Positions 1 through 17,463 of a DNA stretch of 64,000 nucleotides are shown here, in pieces. The translations under genes were made by a program, and so were the position numbers. This stretch comes from the human T2T-CHM13v2.0 reference genome, Homo sapiens. The number at the start of each line of letters is the position of its first letter. Position 1 is the stretch's first letter. The notes beneath the pieces were generated by a model. The model was not told where the DNA came from. It saw only the letters and a list, made by a program, of their open reading frames with translations, and made no database searches. The stretch is taken from the NCBI RefSeq assembly GCF_009914755.1, contig NC_060943.1. The stretch is one strand, 5' to 3'.

Positions 1-167
1 CTTACAAGCTGTAACAAATTCTTATTGTCTTGAGCCACTGGGTCTTGGCAGGGGGGGCATTTTATGCAGCTTTGTTGAGGTACTATATGATTGACCCAAG
101 CCCCAGAACCCACTTATATCAGGCAAGAGACTCTGAGCCATTATCACCATGGCATCTCAACACCCAC

Positions 168-422
168 CTGAGATCCAGATCTTCCCATTGACTGAGCTGC
201 AGAGGTGAGTGATGCTGTTGGAGGCCTCACAGGTGTACCTGCCCTACTGGTCCAGAGTGACCTCAGAAATGACCAGGTGCTGGGTGGCAGGGCCTGGCCT
301 TCTGTCCATCTCCCAGTGGTACTGGGCAGGGGGGTTTGAGTCAGCAAAGCAGGACAGGGTGAGGGCTGCCCCAGCTGTGACCTCTGGGTCTGGAGGGTTG
401 ACCATAGGAGGGTCTGGGCCAT
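168..422 (-). pseudogene. CEACAM22P: CEACAM IgC2 B-type exon (B2) with premature stop
   Basis: 255 nt, ctgcag|AT...G|GTGGGT; YGPDPP...LTLSCFADSNPPAQYHW...TLDQ*GRYTCEASNS, with TAG at 246-244. Confidence 0.92.
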
Positions 423-1060
423 CTGCAGAGAATTGAGAAGACCAGGCCAGAGGGAAGAGGAAAGGCCTTTGTCCATATTACAATGCATTGGCCATTGTCT
501 CAGATGACACTCTTCCATCCCCCTCCAGTGCACAACTGCATTTGACACTGTTGGCCATCTCCCTTCTAGTTGCTTTCTTGTCCCCTACCACCACCACCAC
601 CTCCCCATACCATATTCTCTACTTCTACTGTGCAGCTAGAGGTATCCTTTTCAAAGCTTGTTCAAACCTGCGTCACATCATGTCCCTTCTCTGCACAAAC
701 CCTTCTTTGGCTGCTGTCTCATGCAGGGTAAAAGCCAAAGCCCTCATCATGGCCCACAGGCCCTGCACAGTCTGTCCCATTACCTCTCTTGGGGCAAGAC
801 AGTCCTCTTCTTCCTCACTCTCCTTCTTCCCTTTACTTCAGCCACTATGACCTCCTCTCTCAAAACCACACTCCCACCCCAGGCTTGGCATTTGCAGTCT
901 CCCTTCCACAAAATCTCCCCTTGGTGCCCTCTCTCACTTTGTCCAGGACAGACACTTCCAGCTTTGCCAACAGAACCAGCTAAACTTCAGCCGCTCCTTC
1001 ACCCCTCAACCACACTCCTATGCACATCTCCACCCATCCTTTATCAGGTCCTGGACTCAC

Positions 1061-1339
1061 ATGTAACTTTGATGAGAGTGGGGTTGCTGATGCTGCTGGT
1101 GGCTGAGTTCCAGCTCTCACACTGGTAGACCCCCGTGTCATTCCTGGTGATGTTCGACAGAGTCAGTGTTCTGCAGTCCAGGGACAGCTCCCTGTGGCCA
1201 CCAATGAAGAGCTTCTGGCCATTGACATCCCGGCGGATGGCCACAGTGCTCCTTGGAGGAAGGCAATGCAGACTGATGGAATCCACATGCTCCACTGGGG
1301 CTAAGTTACTGGCTGTGACATTGGGCTGAGGAAGTGTCT
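1061..1339 (-). pseudogene. CEACAM22P: CEACAM IgC2 A-type exon (A2)
   Basis: 279 nt, ctgcag|AG...T|GTGAGT; TLPQPNVTASN...RTLTLSNITRNDTGVYQCESWN; the core Trp position reads Arg (CGG at 1232-1230). Confidence 0.92.
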
Positions 1340-1454
1340 CTGCAGGAAAATTAGAAAGAGGTAGAAATGCTGAGTCCTGCCCAGATCATGGGCTTAGAGA
1401 AGAACACCCTTAGGGAACACCCTTAGGGCTGAAGGAATTCAGCACACTTGCCAA

Positions 1455-1870
1455 TCATCCATCCATGCACCTGTCCATAAGTCCATCTACTCTCCACCAA
1501 CTCAGCCTTTCCTACATTCATTCACCCAATTGTTCACTCTTCCAGTCACCCTTCTATTTATCCATCCACCAATTTGTCCCTCAATCCACCCATCTATCCA
1601 TCCGTCATCCATCCATCCATCCATCCATCCATCCATCCATCCTATCCATAAATCTACCTTCCCATCTACCTACCCACCCAGGGATGCATACATGCACCCA
1701 TCTTCTCAATCATTCACCATTTTTTTCACCCATTTGTCCACCCAATCATCTTTTCCAATCACTTACCACCCACCTAAATTCGCTCATCCACCTATCCCTT
1801 CATTTACCCAATCACCTATTCATTCATCACCCAATCACCTATTCATTCATCCACCAATCCATCCATTGAT
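1455..1870. repeat. Degenerate (CCAT)n simple repeat
   Basis: Runs of ccatccatccat. Confidence 0.9.
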
Positions 1871-2547
1871 CTTCCCTTCTGTCTGTTTACTTAATAAATT
1901 AACACTTCTGGAGCACCAAATATGCCCCAGGCTTTGTGCTAAATGCTTTACAGACACAATCTTATATCCTCATGCTTATATTTCAAGAGAAGGGTGGATT
2001 TTAACCCATTTCACAGGTGATAAAACTGAGCAAACAATAAAAAGAACCTTCATCAATTGAGTACTTAATTTGTCGTAGATGTTTTATGTGTGTGATTCAT
2101 TAGACTTCACAACAACCCTGTAAATCCCCATTTGCAAAATGAAGAACCTGAGGCTCAGGGATGATCCATGACTAACCCAAGATGAGGACATTGATCCATG
2201 GGGGCAAATGGGATTCATGCTGCCCATCTGCCTGCCTCTTTCCTTTCTCGCTGACCTGCATTACACCCAGGGTGATCTCCCACACAGCTGAGTTGTACCC
2301 TCTGTAGCTCCTACGAATCACCTGGATGTTGAGATGCACTGTGCTATAACATCCTTTTATTCTCCTAAGTCATAATCACACCATACAAATAAGAAAAGGA
2401 TCTCAGAAGGGTAACCATTGAAAGCAAAAATTTTCATCCCTAAATAACTTTTATACCAATATTTTTAAAAATTTGGAGCAAGATAGCACAACTCTTCTTT
2501 ATAAAGGAAAATACATATGCAGTAATTTATAAGAAATAGATACTGGA

Positions 2548-2870
2548 GGCCAGGCACTGTGGCTCGTACCTGTAATCCCAGCACTTTGGGAAGCCAAGGC
2601 AGGCGGATCACCTGAGGTCAGGAGTTCGAGACCAGCCTGGCCAACATGGCAAAACCCCGTCTCTACTAAAAACACAAAAATTAGCCAGATGTGCTGGTGC
2701 ACGCCTGTTATCCCAGGCGGCTGAGGCAGAAGAATCACTTGAACCCAGGAGGCAGAGGTTGCAGTGAGCCAAGATCATGCCATTGCACTCCAGCCTGGGT
2801 GACGGAGTGAGACTTTGTCTTAAAAAAAAAAAAAAAAAAAAAAAAAGAGAGAGAGAAGAAAAAAAAAAAG
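2548..2870 (+). mobile_element. Alu (S-type)
   Basis: Dimeric Alu with A tail; TSD aagaaatag(a/g)tactgg. Confidence 0.95.
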
Positions 2871-3101
2871 AAATAGGTACTGGGAATGAACCTGTAAGAG
2901 GGTATAACAAAATATTAGCAGTGGTCATTTCTGAGAATGTAGAGTTTTTACCCTTTTCCTTTTTAAAAATATTTGTATTGGTAATTTCTCTTACACTGGA
3001 TATACAGTATGTATTCAATAAAGAAATAATCAGAATGTAGGATGTAATGTGGCTCTATATTAATTAACAGAAAGACATTAAAGATTAAAAGATGAAATTT
3101 A

Positions 3102-3578
<477 letters not shown>

Positions 3579-3921
3579 CTATATGATTTACTTTTTCTAC
3601 AATTATTGTGAAATTTATTTAAAATGTGAAAAAGGTGGCATATAATATTTTTAAAGCAATCCTATCAATGAAAAGTCATTTTGTTGGTTAAAGAATGTAA
3701 AAATTTATTCTGCATAACACAGGTTAGAAAAATCTTGCTGAATATATAAAGAAGTGAAACAGCAAAGAAAAGAATTCTAAAAAACAAAACCAAACCCAAA
3801 TTCGCCAATGAAGTCCTGGGGCAGAGAAGAATTTTTCTCTTATTTTTTTCTTTTTCTTTTTTTTTTCTTTGATTTTGAAGATTTCACCATTAACCAATCA
3901 CCCTCAACCCTGGCTTCATAC

Positions 3922-4176
3922 CTGAGACAGTGATGATGGTGTCCATACTGCTGTGCAAGCCGGAAAGGGAGTTGGAGGCCTTGCAGGTGTAGACCCCTGA
4001 GTGTGCCCTGGAGAGACTGGGCATGAAGAGGGTCTGGCCCTCCCATGTGGTGACCCCACTGAAGCTCCATGTGTACTGGGCAAGGAGGTGGGAGTAGGCT
4101 AAGCAGACCAGAGTGAGGTTGGAACCAATCACAAAATCTGGGTCCAGTGCGGTCATGATGGGGGTATCCGGGCCAT
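3922..4176 (-). pseudogene. CEACAM22P: CEACAM IgC2 B-type exon (B1)
   Basis: 255 nt, ttcag|AT...G|GTATGA; YGPDTPI...GSNLTLVC...AQYTW...HSGVYTCKASNS; open frame. Confidence 0.92.
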
Positions 4177-4315
4177 CTGAACAAGGAGAAAGACTTCCTA
4201 ATTAGGAAGAGTATGAGAAGTAAGGACCACCCCCCTAGATTGTGCATTTCAGCTCAGTGTTGGAAGCCTGACATGTTGAGGGAGGCACACAGCACCACAA
4301 CGTAAAAGTTTGTCA

Positions 4316-4425
4316 GAGGAAGGAAGGGAGGGAGGGGAGGAAGGGAGGGAGGGAGGGAGGGAGGGAGGAAGGAAGGAAGGAAGGAAGGAAGGAAGGAAGG
4401 AAGGAAGGAAGGAAGGAAGGAGGGA
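4316..4425. repeat. (GGAA/GGGA)n microsatellite
   Basis: Direct reading. Confidence 0.95.
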
Positions 4426-5192
4426 AAGAACAAACGAACCATGGCTGGCGGTAGCCTCCCTCTTGTGTCTATTACCCTCCTTGATCTTTGAAGACTGTCA
4501 GCTCCATGAGGACAGGGATATGCTTGTCAGTTATGTTAACTGCTTTGACTAGAAATAACACCCAATACACACAGCACACAGTGGATGCTCAGTAGATGCT
4601 TTCCCAAAAGTAGAGAGACAGAGGGGCAGAGAGAGAAAAACACATGGGTTCAAGTTCTTATCTTTCTTCTTGACCACGGTGAGATCTTGGGTGAGCCCTT
4701 CCCCTTTCTTAATCTCAGTTTTCTTGTTTGTAAAATGTGGTGTCTCTGAAAGTCCTTCCAGTTCTGCAAATATTTATGTTGTCGAGTCTGGAATTTCTGG
4801 GATCTTGGCTTCCTACAATCTCCATCTACCTTTGTACCTGAGATTGAATGGGTCTGAAAGTCCTTAATTGGGTACATAGTAGAAGCTCAATACATGCCCC
4901 TTAAATAAATAAATGATGATAAACTTCTGAGAGAATAGTCATTGTAAACGTCTATTAAGCACTTAGTGTGCAGAGTAGTGGAAAAGAATAAAGAAAAAAA
5001 GAGAAAAAAAGAAGCACTTGCTATGTTCCAGGCACTATTCTAAGTTCCTTAAATGAACTAACTCACTTAATCCTCATAATCACCCAATGAGATAGATAAT
5101 ATTATGATTCTCACTTTGCAGATGAGAAAACTGAGGACATAGAAAAGTGAAGTGACTTGCCCAAGGACACCTAGCTAAGAAATAGCAGGGAC

Positions 5193-5544
<352 letters not shown>

Positions 5545-5644
5545 TTAAACGCTAAGCTATAAATCATGGATGAACCAGTAGATAGTTGGGCTGGAGGTTC
5601 TGTGTGGATCAGAGGTGAGTCAGAGCAAAGAAACCCAGACTTAC

Positions 5645-5923
5645 AAGCCACGCCAACCACGAGGGCTTCACTGAGCCTGGATCCCAGGTGGTTCCTGGCC
5701 TCACAGTGGTAGGTGCTGGAGTCATTGCGTGTGACTGTGGGGATGGTGAGGACCCTGCCATCTCTGGAGATTACTGGTCCATCCCCTTCCTGAATCACCT
5801 CAAGGTTCAGAAACCACTGGAATGTCCTGTCATTGTTTGGAGAAATGCATGTCAAATTCAAGGAGTCTGTGTGCTCCAGAGGGGCCAAGTTCTGGGCTTC
5901 CACCGGGGGCTGGTGCAGCTTCT
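5645..5923 (-). pseudogene. CEACAM22P: CEACAM IgC2 A-type exon (A1)
   Basis: 279 nt, ccccag|AG...T|GTAAGT; [25 protein letters not shown]...FQW...[20 protein letters not shown]; open frame. Confidence 0.92.
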
Positions 5924-6060
5924 CTGGGGAGAAGGAAAGAGAAAGAATGGCGTTATAGGACATGGGAGGATCTGGAACCCTAGGAATGATCAGCAGCACG
6001 AATAGGCTGGGGACCTTGGAAACACCAGCGTTGGCTTTGCTGTTTCCAAGATGACCAATA

Positions 6061-6062
<2 letters not shown>

Positions 6063-6096
<34 letters not shown>
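6063..6096. repeat. (CA)n microsatellite
   Basis: Direct reading. Confidence 0.95.
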
Positions 6097-6097
<1 letters not shown>

Positions 6098-6295
6098 CCA
6101 ACAGCTCTACTTCCGGAAGTTCTTAACTGTCTAGAGATCCCAGATCCTCTCCCCAGAAATACACCCAATAACACACACACCACACAAATACCTACACATT
6201 TGTATATAATTTCAAGGGGTTATGGGGCACTCTAAAGACCAACTTTAGATTTCAAGTGAGGAATCTTATACCTAGATTACAAATTAGTAAATATC

Positions 6296-6560
6296 TTTCT
6301 TTTTTGAGACAGGGTCTTGTTCTGTTGCCCAGGCTTCAGTGCAGTGGCACTAACACGGCTCACCATAGTCTCAACCTCCCAGGCACAAGCGATCCTCCCG
6401 CCTCAGCCTCCTGAGTAGCTGAGATCCATGCATGTCACCATCCTCAGCTACTTTTGAAAAACTTTTGTAGGGTGGGGTCTTGCTGTGCTGCCCAGGCTGG
6501 TCTCAAACTCCTGGGCTCAAGTGATCCTCCTGTCTTGACCTCCCAAAGTGCTGGCCTGAC
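6296..6560 (-). mobile_element. Alu (J-like)
   Basis: Reverse Alu consensus. Confidence 0.9.
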
Positions 6561-6768
6561 AGGAAGTAAATATCTTTCTTGAAGTCAACTTAGAAATACA
6601 AGTTGAAAGTTACACATGTTTATATAACTTTTGACCCAATGATTACACTTTTAAAAACAGTTTTATTGAGGTATAATAAGCAAATAAAAATGTTGTATGT
6701 TCAAAGTGTACAACTTGATGTTTTGATAGTTGATCTCTACAATCAAGCTAATTAATATATCCATCACC

Positions 6769-7143
<375 letters not shown>

Positions 7144-7421
7144 TCATGTACTACTGGTACCACCCTGTGCTGTAAGGACTATTAATATCCCATTTTACAA
7201 CAGGTAAACTGAGGTTTATGTTGGGTAAGTGAGTTGTGAAAAACCAAGTTGTAAGTGGGTGAATCATTTTTAAACTCAGGGCTATGTGACTCCAAACTTC
7301 ATAACCACTGTGAAATAAATACTATGTAGAAAAATCTATTTTTAAAAAATCTCAGAAAATGAAGCAGGCACAGTTTTCCCTATTCCATCCCGAGCACAGT
7401 TAAAAACCTTGGATATTATCA

Positions 7422-8270
7422 CTTCTACACTGCTGGTGGGAATGTAAACTAGTACAGCCGTTATGAAAAACAGTGTGGAGATTCCTTAAACAACTAAAAG
7501 TAGAACTACCATTTGATCCAGCAGTCCCACTACTGGGTATCTACCCAGAGGAAAAGAAGTCATTACACAAAAAAGATACTCGCACACGCATGTTTATAGC
7601 AGCACAATTCACAATTGCAAAATCGTGGCACCAACCCAAATACCCATCAATCAACAAGTGGATAAAGAAACTGTGATATATATATATATGTTCATATATA
7701 CGTTCATATATATATGTTCATATATACGTTCATATATACGTTCATATATACGTTCATATATATACGTTCATATATGCGTTCATATATGCGTTCATATATA
7801 TACGTTCATATATGCGTTCATATATATACGTTCATATATGCGTTCATATATATACGTTCATATATGCGTTCATATATATACGTTCATATATGCGTTTATA
7901 TATACGTTCATATATGCGTTCATATATATGCGTTCATATATATGCGTTCATATATACGCGTTCATATATACGTTCATATATACGCGTTCATATATACGCG
8001 TTCATATATACGCGTTCATATATACGCGTTCATATATACGTTCATATATACGCGTTCATATATACGTTCATATATATACGTTCATATATACGTTCATATA
8101 TATACGTTCATATATATACGTTCATATATATACGTTCATATATATACGTTCATATATACGTTCATATATACACGTTCATATATACGTTCATATATACGTT
8201 CATATATACGTTCATATATACGTTCATATATACATTCATATATATGTTCATATATACGTTCATATATATG

Positions 8271-8312
<42 letters not shown>

Positions 8313-8690
8313 TGATGGAATACTACTCGGTCATAAAAAGGAATGAATTAACAACATTTGCAATGACCTGGATGAGACTGGAGACTATTATTCTAAGTGA
8401 AGTAACTCAGGAATGGAAAACCAAACATCATATGTTCTCACTGATATGTGGGAGCTAAGCTATGAGGACACAAAAGCGTAAGAATGATACAATGGACTTT
8501 GGGGACTTGGGGTGAAGAGTGGGAGGGGAGTGAGGGATGAAAGACTACAAATAGGGTGGAGTGTATACCGCTCAGGTGATGGGTGCACCAAAATCTCACA
8601 AATCACCCCCAAAGAACTTACTCATGTAACCAAACCGACCTGTACCCCAATAATCTATGGAAAAATAAATAAAATAAAATAAAGCAATAG
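7422..8690 (+). mobile_element. L1 3' end (L1PB-like) containing a minisatellite
   Basis: ORF2 C-terminal peptide ([17 protein letters not shown]...MFIAAQFTIAK), L1PB-type 3' UTR and A-rich tail. Confidence 0.9.
7676..8309. repeat. AT-rich minisatellite, units about CGTTCATATATA with variants
   Basis: Dozens of 12-14 bp units ending in pure (TA)n. Confidence 0.95.
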
Positions 8691-8778
8691 AGAAAAAGCC
8701 TCAAAAATATGAACAGAACATCATTGTTCTATGGGAATAATATCAAGCAGTCTATCACAGGTGCAGCTAAAGAATGAA

Positions 8779-8813
<35 letters not shown>

Positions 8814-9725
8814 AAATAGATGACTCGGAAAGGAGGAGAGAATATGGCAGACTGGCTGCGGATCTCAAGACCGGAGAAAGCACATGGTGGTGAGTTTTTC
8901 TGGACTTTCTTTGCGCCTCACAGATCCCAGACTGGGAGCTGGAGAGCCTGGCAATCTAGAAATGCCAATGAGTGTAGATCCAAAAGAGGCTCAAGCAAAG
9001 CCTGCTCTAGCCAAAGGACAAGGAGCAGTAGCCTGACAAGATTTGCTAAAGACAGCAAATCTTTACAAGATAATCACTTTGCTGCTGTGATATCCCACAG
9101 AAAAGCCTGGACATTTACCCTTGCCAGCTGTACAGAGACACCCATCCCCTCCACCAGGCTGAATAAGCAGCTGGGACTGTCATCCTTGCCCAGCAGTAAT
9201 GAGCACCGACCCTGCAGTGTCCATTGAGGCCACTAGGGAGCGGTAACGAGGCGTCTCTGCCCCTTCTGGGCAAGATGGTATCAGAGGATGTCTCAGTGGA
9301 AAGCCTGAACTCTGCTAACTGCCCAGAGTAACAGTTGCCCCGCCCCACCTGGAATGTCAACAGAGGCCAAATGGGGAACCTGGACCTCCATCCCCACTGG
9401 CTATAACAAGATGGTGCCCTTTTTGCCCCACCAGCAAGATGTCAGAGGAGACCTGCTATAACAGAAGATTTAAATGAGATCCAGCGTCTCATAATTTCCA
9501 AAATGTCCAGGGTGTTGTTGAAAATCACTTGTCATACACCTACATGTAATCCCAATACTTTGGGAGGCCGAGGTGGGAGAATTGCTTGAGCTCAGAAGTT
9601 CGAGACCAGCGTGGGCAACATAGTGAGACCCCATCTCTACAAAAAAAAAAAAAAAATTGACTGAATGAGAAAGACATTCCTGAAATTAAATGAGGAAAGA
9701 CAATTAATAGAGATGACATGGATTG

Positions 9726-11209
<1,484 letters not shown>

Positions 11210-12027
11210 ACTGATGTTAGAATTGTCTTAAAAGAATCTTAGAGCAGCCAACATAAAAATGCTTCAATGAACAATTACAAACACTTGAAATAAGTGAAAA
11301 ACCAGAAAGTCTCAGCAAAGAAATAGAAGATATGAAAAAGAACAAGACGGAAATTTTAGAATGGAAAAGCACAATAACAGAAATTTTTTAAAAACTTAAT
11401 GTTTGAGCCCAGCTGCAGAATGGAGATGACAGAGATAAAAATCAGTGCAGATAAAAGTTACCAAATCTGAACAACAGAAAGAAAATAGACTGATAAGAAG
11501 TGAAGAACAGAACTTTGGGACCTGTGGGACTTTAACAAAAGAGCCAACATTCATGTCATTGGAGACCCAGAAGGAAAGGAGGAAGTGGGTATAATGGCTG
11601 GTTTCCCAAATCTGGTAAAAGACATACATCTATGGAATCAAGAAACTGAGTAAACCCCAATGCCAGCGTGGTAATCAGGATTCTAAATATAGTCCTTCCA
11701 GATTTCTGTTCCTGATTGTTCAATCAAATGCTAATCTAGGTATTGCTTTGAAGGGATTTTGTAATTAAAGCTCAAAGTCAGCTGATCTTAAAATACAGAT
11801 CATCTGGGTGGGCCTGACCTGATCAGGTGACTCTTTTAAAAGCAGATCAGATGAGAAAGTCAGAGAATCAAAACACAAGGAGGATTCAATGCATCCTTGC
11901 TGTCTTTGAAGATGCAGGGGTCAATGTGTGAGCAGGGTAGAGTGGCCTGCAAGAGCTTAGAGCACCCGCAGATGACAGCCAGCAAGGAAACAGACCTCAG
12001 TCCTACAACTGTAAGAACCTGGATTCT

Positions 12028-12278
12028 GGCCAGGCACAGTGGCTCATTCCTGTAATCCCAGCACTTTGGGAGGCCGAGGCAGATGGATCACGAGGTCAGT
12101 AGATCGAGACCATCCTGGCTAACATGGTGAAACCCCGTCTCTACTAAAAATACAAAAAATTAGCCAGGCATGCTGGTGGGTGCCGGAGCTTGCAGTGAGC
12201 CGAGATCGCCCCACTGCACTCCAGCCTGGGCGACAGAGCGAGACTCCATCTCAAAAAAAAAAAAAAAAAAAAAAAGAA
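12028..12278 (+). mobile_element. AluY-like with internal right-arm deletion
   Basis: gatcgagaccatcctggctaac; the sequence jumps from ggtgcc to ggagcttgcagtgag. Confidence 0.9.
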
Positions 12279-12504
12279 CCAGGATTCTGCCACCATCTGA
12301 ATGAGCTTGGATATGGGTTCTTTCCCAAAGCCTACAGGTAAACCCCAGCCAACTCACATCACACCTTGATTTTGACCTGGTGAGAGAACCCAGTTGAGGA
12401 CACTTGGACATCGAGGTACAGAAACTGAAATAGTAAATGTTATTCACTCTCTTAGTTCACCCAGAATCAGACTCTGCACTAGAATGTAAGTGCAATTAGT
12501 TTAT

Positions 12505-12697
12505 TATTTATTTATTTACTTTTTTGGAGATGGAGTCTTGCACTGTCGCCTGCCACCACGCCAGGCTAATTTTTTGTATTTTTAGTAGAGACAGGGTTTC
12601 ACCATGTTAGCCAGGATGGTCTCGATCTACTCACCTCGTGATCCACCTGCCTCAGCCTCCCAAAGTGCTGGGATTACAGGCGTGAGCCACCACACCT
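12505..12697 (-). mobile_element. AluY-like with internal right-arm deletion
   Basis: Reverse Alu; TSD agtgcaattagtttatt. Confidence 0.9.
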
Positions 12698-12841
12698 TAG
12701 TGCAATTAGTTTATTTTGGAGAAAGCATTGGCAGAGGTGTGGGAAAGTAAGTAAGGGAAAAGAAGGAAGCCATATAGAAAAATTAGCTCTATAGAAAACT
12801 GGAGCTCACCTCTGAAAACTGGTACAAAACACACCTCTGAG

Positions 12842-13153
<312 letters not shown>

Positions 13154-14119
13154 CCACCTCTGAGTTGTTCCCCCTAAGTTCAGGGGAATATATCTACCAA
13201 TTCCTTCTTGGTGTTAGTTAATGGTCACTCCCAGGATGTTAATTTCTCTGACATTTTCAGCCTGCCCTCAGTTGGGGCTTGCATCCTCTTGTACTCAGAG
13301 AAATCAGAGAGGCACAGACACTCATGGAAGGGGTTGCGGAAGTACTCACCACTCTCTTTCAGTCATTTCGAGAATTTCTCTTCTTTCATCATTCAGTCGT
13401 CCTAAAAGTCCTGTGTGTCAATAATAAATTACACCCACTGAAAGGAAGACGTATATTTACATTTCATGGCCTTTCATTTTCTATTAGTGTCCCCTTCATT
13501 CCACTCCATCTTATTATTAGAATGATTCTACCAGTGTCTTTCTGGAAAATAGGTGTAGGAATAAATTTATTCTAAAAAATAAAACAACATCTACGCAAAG
13601 AGGTCTTAAAACCTTCATAATTAGCTCTATAAAACAATTAACTCCAAGAAGTAATGCTGAATGCTTTCCAAATGCATACTGACAGTAAGAAAACATTATC
13701 AAATACCCACATTTGCATTTTTTCTAGACATGGTTACAGACCTAAATCCCTCAGTTGATCAGCTTGAGGGACCAAATAAATCTCTGTTATCGGTATAGCA
13801 ACAGCACTTACTTGTTTTGTAGCAGTCAGGGCATACCAAAGTAAGATCAAAGAAAAAATAGAATCTCACGAAATATATTTTCTCAAGGTAAACCCTCACC
13901 AAATTATAATTGAATGATTAGTCTGGTATAATTTTAGTAGAAAAATTATAGGAAAAAAAAGACAGGACAAAATATGATAATTGAGTTGGCAAAGATCAAC
14001 TCCTAAGCAGCTAATTTAGTGTTCAATAAAACCCAAAAATGCAGAAGCATGATTTTCCCATTTATAGTATGTTCACATACTATAAATGAGTTATTTTAAC
14101 CAATTTAGAAGTAAGACCT

Positions 14120-14755
<636 letters not shown>

Positions 14756-15037
14756 TTATTTGGCATTACACCTTAATGAATTTTATCCAGTCAATTTGCC
14801 TTTGTAGACACAGAGTGATTCATGTAATATGATATGTAGCATAATCAAGTTTAATCTCTGTAATAATGGTTGTTTATCTGTAGGCTATAGTTGTAAAAGA
14901 AGAATAAATAAATAAAGCAATCTATCAATCTTGATCAAACAATGTAGCCCACAGTTGATTCAGATGTTACAATAATGTAGTTGGTACAACTCACTGGGCA
15001 GCATATACCATGAGCACTAATGAAAAATAAAAATCAT

Positions 15038-15376
<339 letters not shown>

Positions 15377-15899
15377 TTATGCCTAGCCTTCATTAAAGAC
15401 CAACAAGAAAAAATAACAAAAAAAAACAAAAAATAAATGTTTCAGTGAAAATCTCATTTGGGCTCTCATCTACAGGACAGAGTGTAGATGGAAAATACAT
15501 GTTTGATGTAATAACTGATCTTGTGATATACCTTTATGATTGTAAATAGTTGATATATTAAGAAATAATAGTAAAATAAATGTTATTTTAAGCCTCCAAA
15601 TTTGTGATAATTTTGTTAGGCAGCAATAAATAATAAAAAAAAAAACTAATACACCCAAACAGAATAAACCCAAATGAATCTATGCCAGGGCATATCATAA
15701 TCAAACTGTTGAAAGCTAAAGATGAATTTAAAATCTTGAAAGCAGTGAAAGACAAATGATACCTTACCCATAGGAAGAAAACAATTTCAATGAAAGTAGA
15801 TTTCTCATCAGAAACTATGAAAGCCAGAAGAAAGAAGCATAACATTTTATAAGTTCTAAAGAACTGTCAACCCAGGATTCTATAACCAGCGAATGAAAA

Positions 15900-16135
15900 A
15901 GATGTACATTTATATGTATACATATAAAATATGTATATATGTATATAAATGTATATACATTTATAGGTATACATATAAAATATGTATATATGTATATAAA
16001 TGTATATACATTTATAGGTATACATATAAAATATGTATATATGTATATAAATGTATATACATTTATAGGTATACATATAAAATATGTATATATGTATATA
16101 AATGTATATACAATTATATGTATATATTATGTATA
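15900..16135. repeat. AT-rich 51-bp tandem repeat, about 4 copies
   Basis: 17-aa periodicity ([17 protein letters not shown]) in the ORF track. Confidence 0.9.
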
Positions 16136-16183
16136 TAACCATTCAAGAATGAGAGAGATGTACATTTTAAAATAATTAAAAGA

Positions 16184-16720
16184 GGCCGGGTGGGGTGACT
16201 CACTCCTATAATCCCAGCACTTTGAGAGGCTGAGGCGGACAGATCACTTGCGGTCAGGAGTTCGAGACCAGCCTGGCCAACATGGCAAAACCCCATCTCT
16301 ACTAAAAACACAAAAATTAGGCAGGCTTGGAGGCTGAGGCAGGAGAATTGCCTGAACCCAGGAGGCGGAAGTGCAGTGAGCCAAGATTGCGCCACTGCAC
16401 TCCAGCCTGGGTAACAGAGCAAGACTCCATCTCAAAAAATAAATAAAATAAAATAAAATAACTAAAAGAGTTATTGAATTGTAATTGCATTTGGATTGGA
16501 AATTGGATCTAATTGTAAATTGGATCCAAGAGTAACTGGATTGTTTGTAATACAAATGATAAATGCTTAAGGGAATGAGCACCCCGTTCTCTATGATGTG
16601 ATTATTCCACATTGCATGCCTGTATCGAAACATCTCATGTACCCCATAAATATATACACCTACTATGTACCCATAAAAATTAAAATAAACAAATTTTTAA
16701 AAATAAAATAAAAAAGAATT
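16184..16720 (+). mobile_element. Alu followed by an L1MA-type 3' end
   Basis: Alu 16184-16462; L1MA 3' UTR (catctcatgtaccccataaatatatacacctactatgtaccc) with A tail. Confidence 0.8.
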
Positions 16721-17141
16721 CAGGAAAAACCAACACATTCTCAGATGAAGGAAAACTAAGAGAATTTGTTGCCAGCAGACCTACCCTAAAAGAATAGAGA
16801 AAGGGAGTTATTAAAACAGAAAAGAATGGTAAAAGAAGGGAATCTGGAACATCAGGAGAAAAGAAAGATAGAGAAGGAAGAAAAGAAAAGGAGAAAGAGG
16901 GAGGGAGGAGAGGACAGAAAAAGGGGAGAGGGGAGAGGAAGGGGTTTTCTTTTTCTTCTTGAGTTTTCTTTCCCTTTTTTTCCAGAGGATCTTCACACCT
17001 CTAACTGAATTTTCTAAATTACATTTAATAGTTAAAGTAAAAATTGTAACACTGTCTGATGTGATTCTCAATGTATGTAAAGAAAATATTAAGACAATAA
17101 TATTATAAATGATTATAAATGGGAGAAGATAATGGTATTAA

Positions 17142-17463
<322 letters not shown>

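Noticed and set aside
7625-8346. Three overlapping 167-228 aa ORFs, and a superficially CRISPR-like periodic array
   Set aside because: Translation of a stop-free minisatellite inside an L1. No unique spacers, no cas genes, and the context is eukaryotic.
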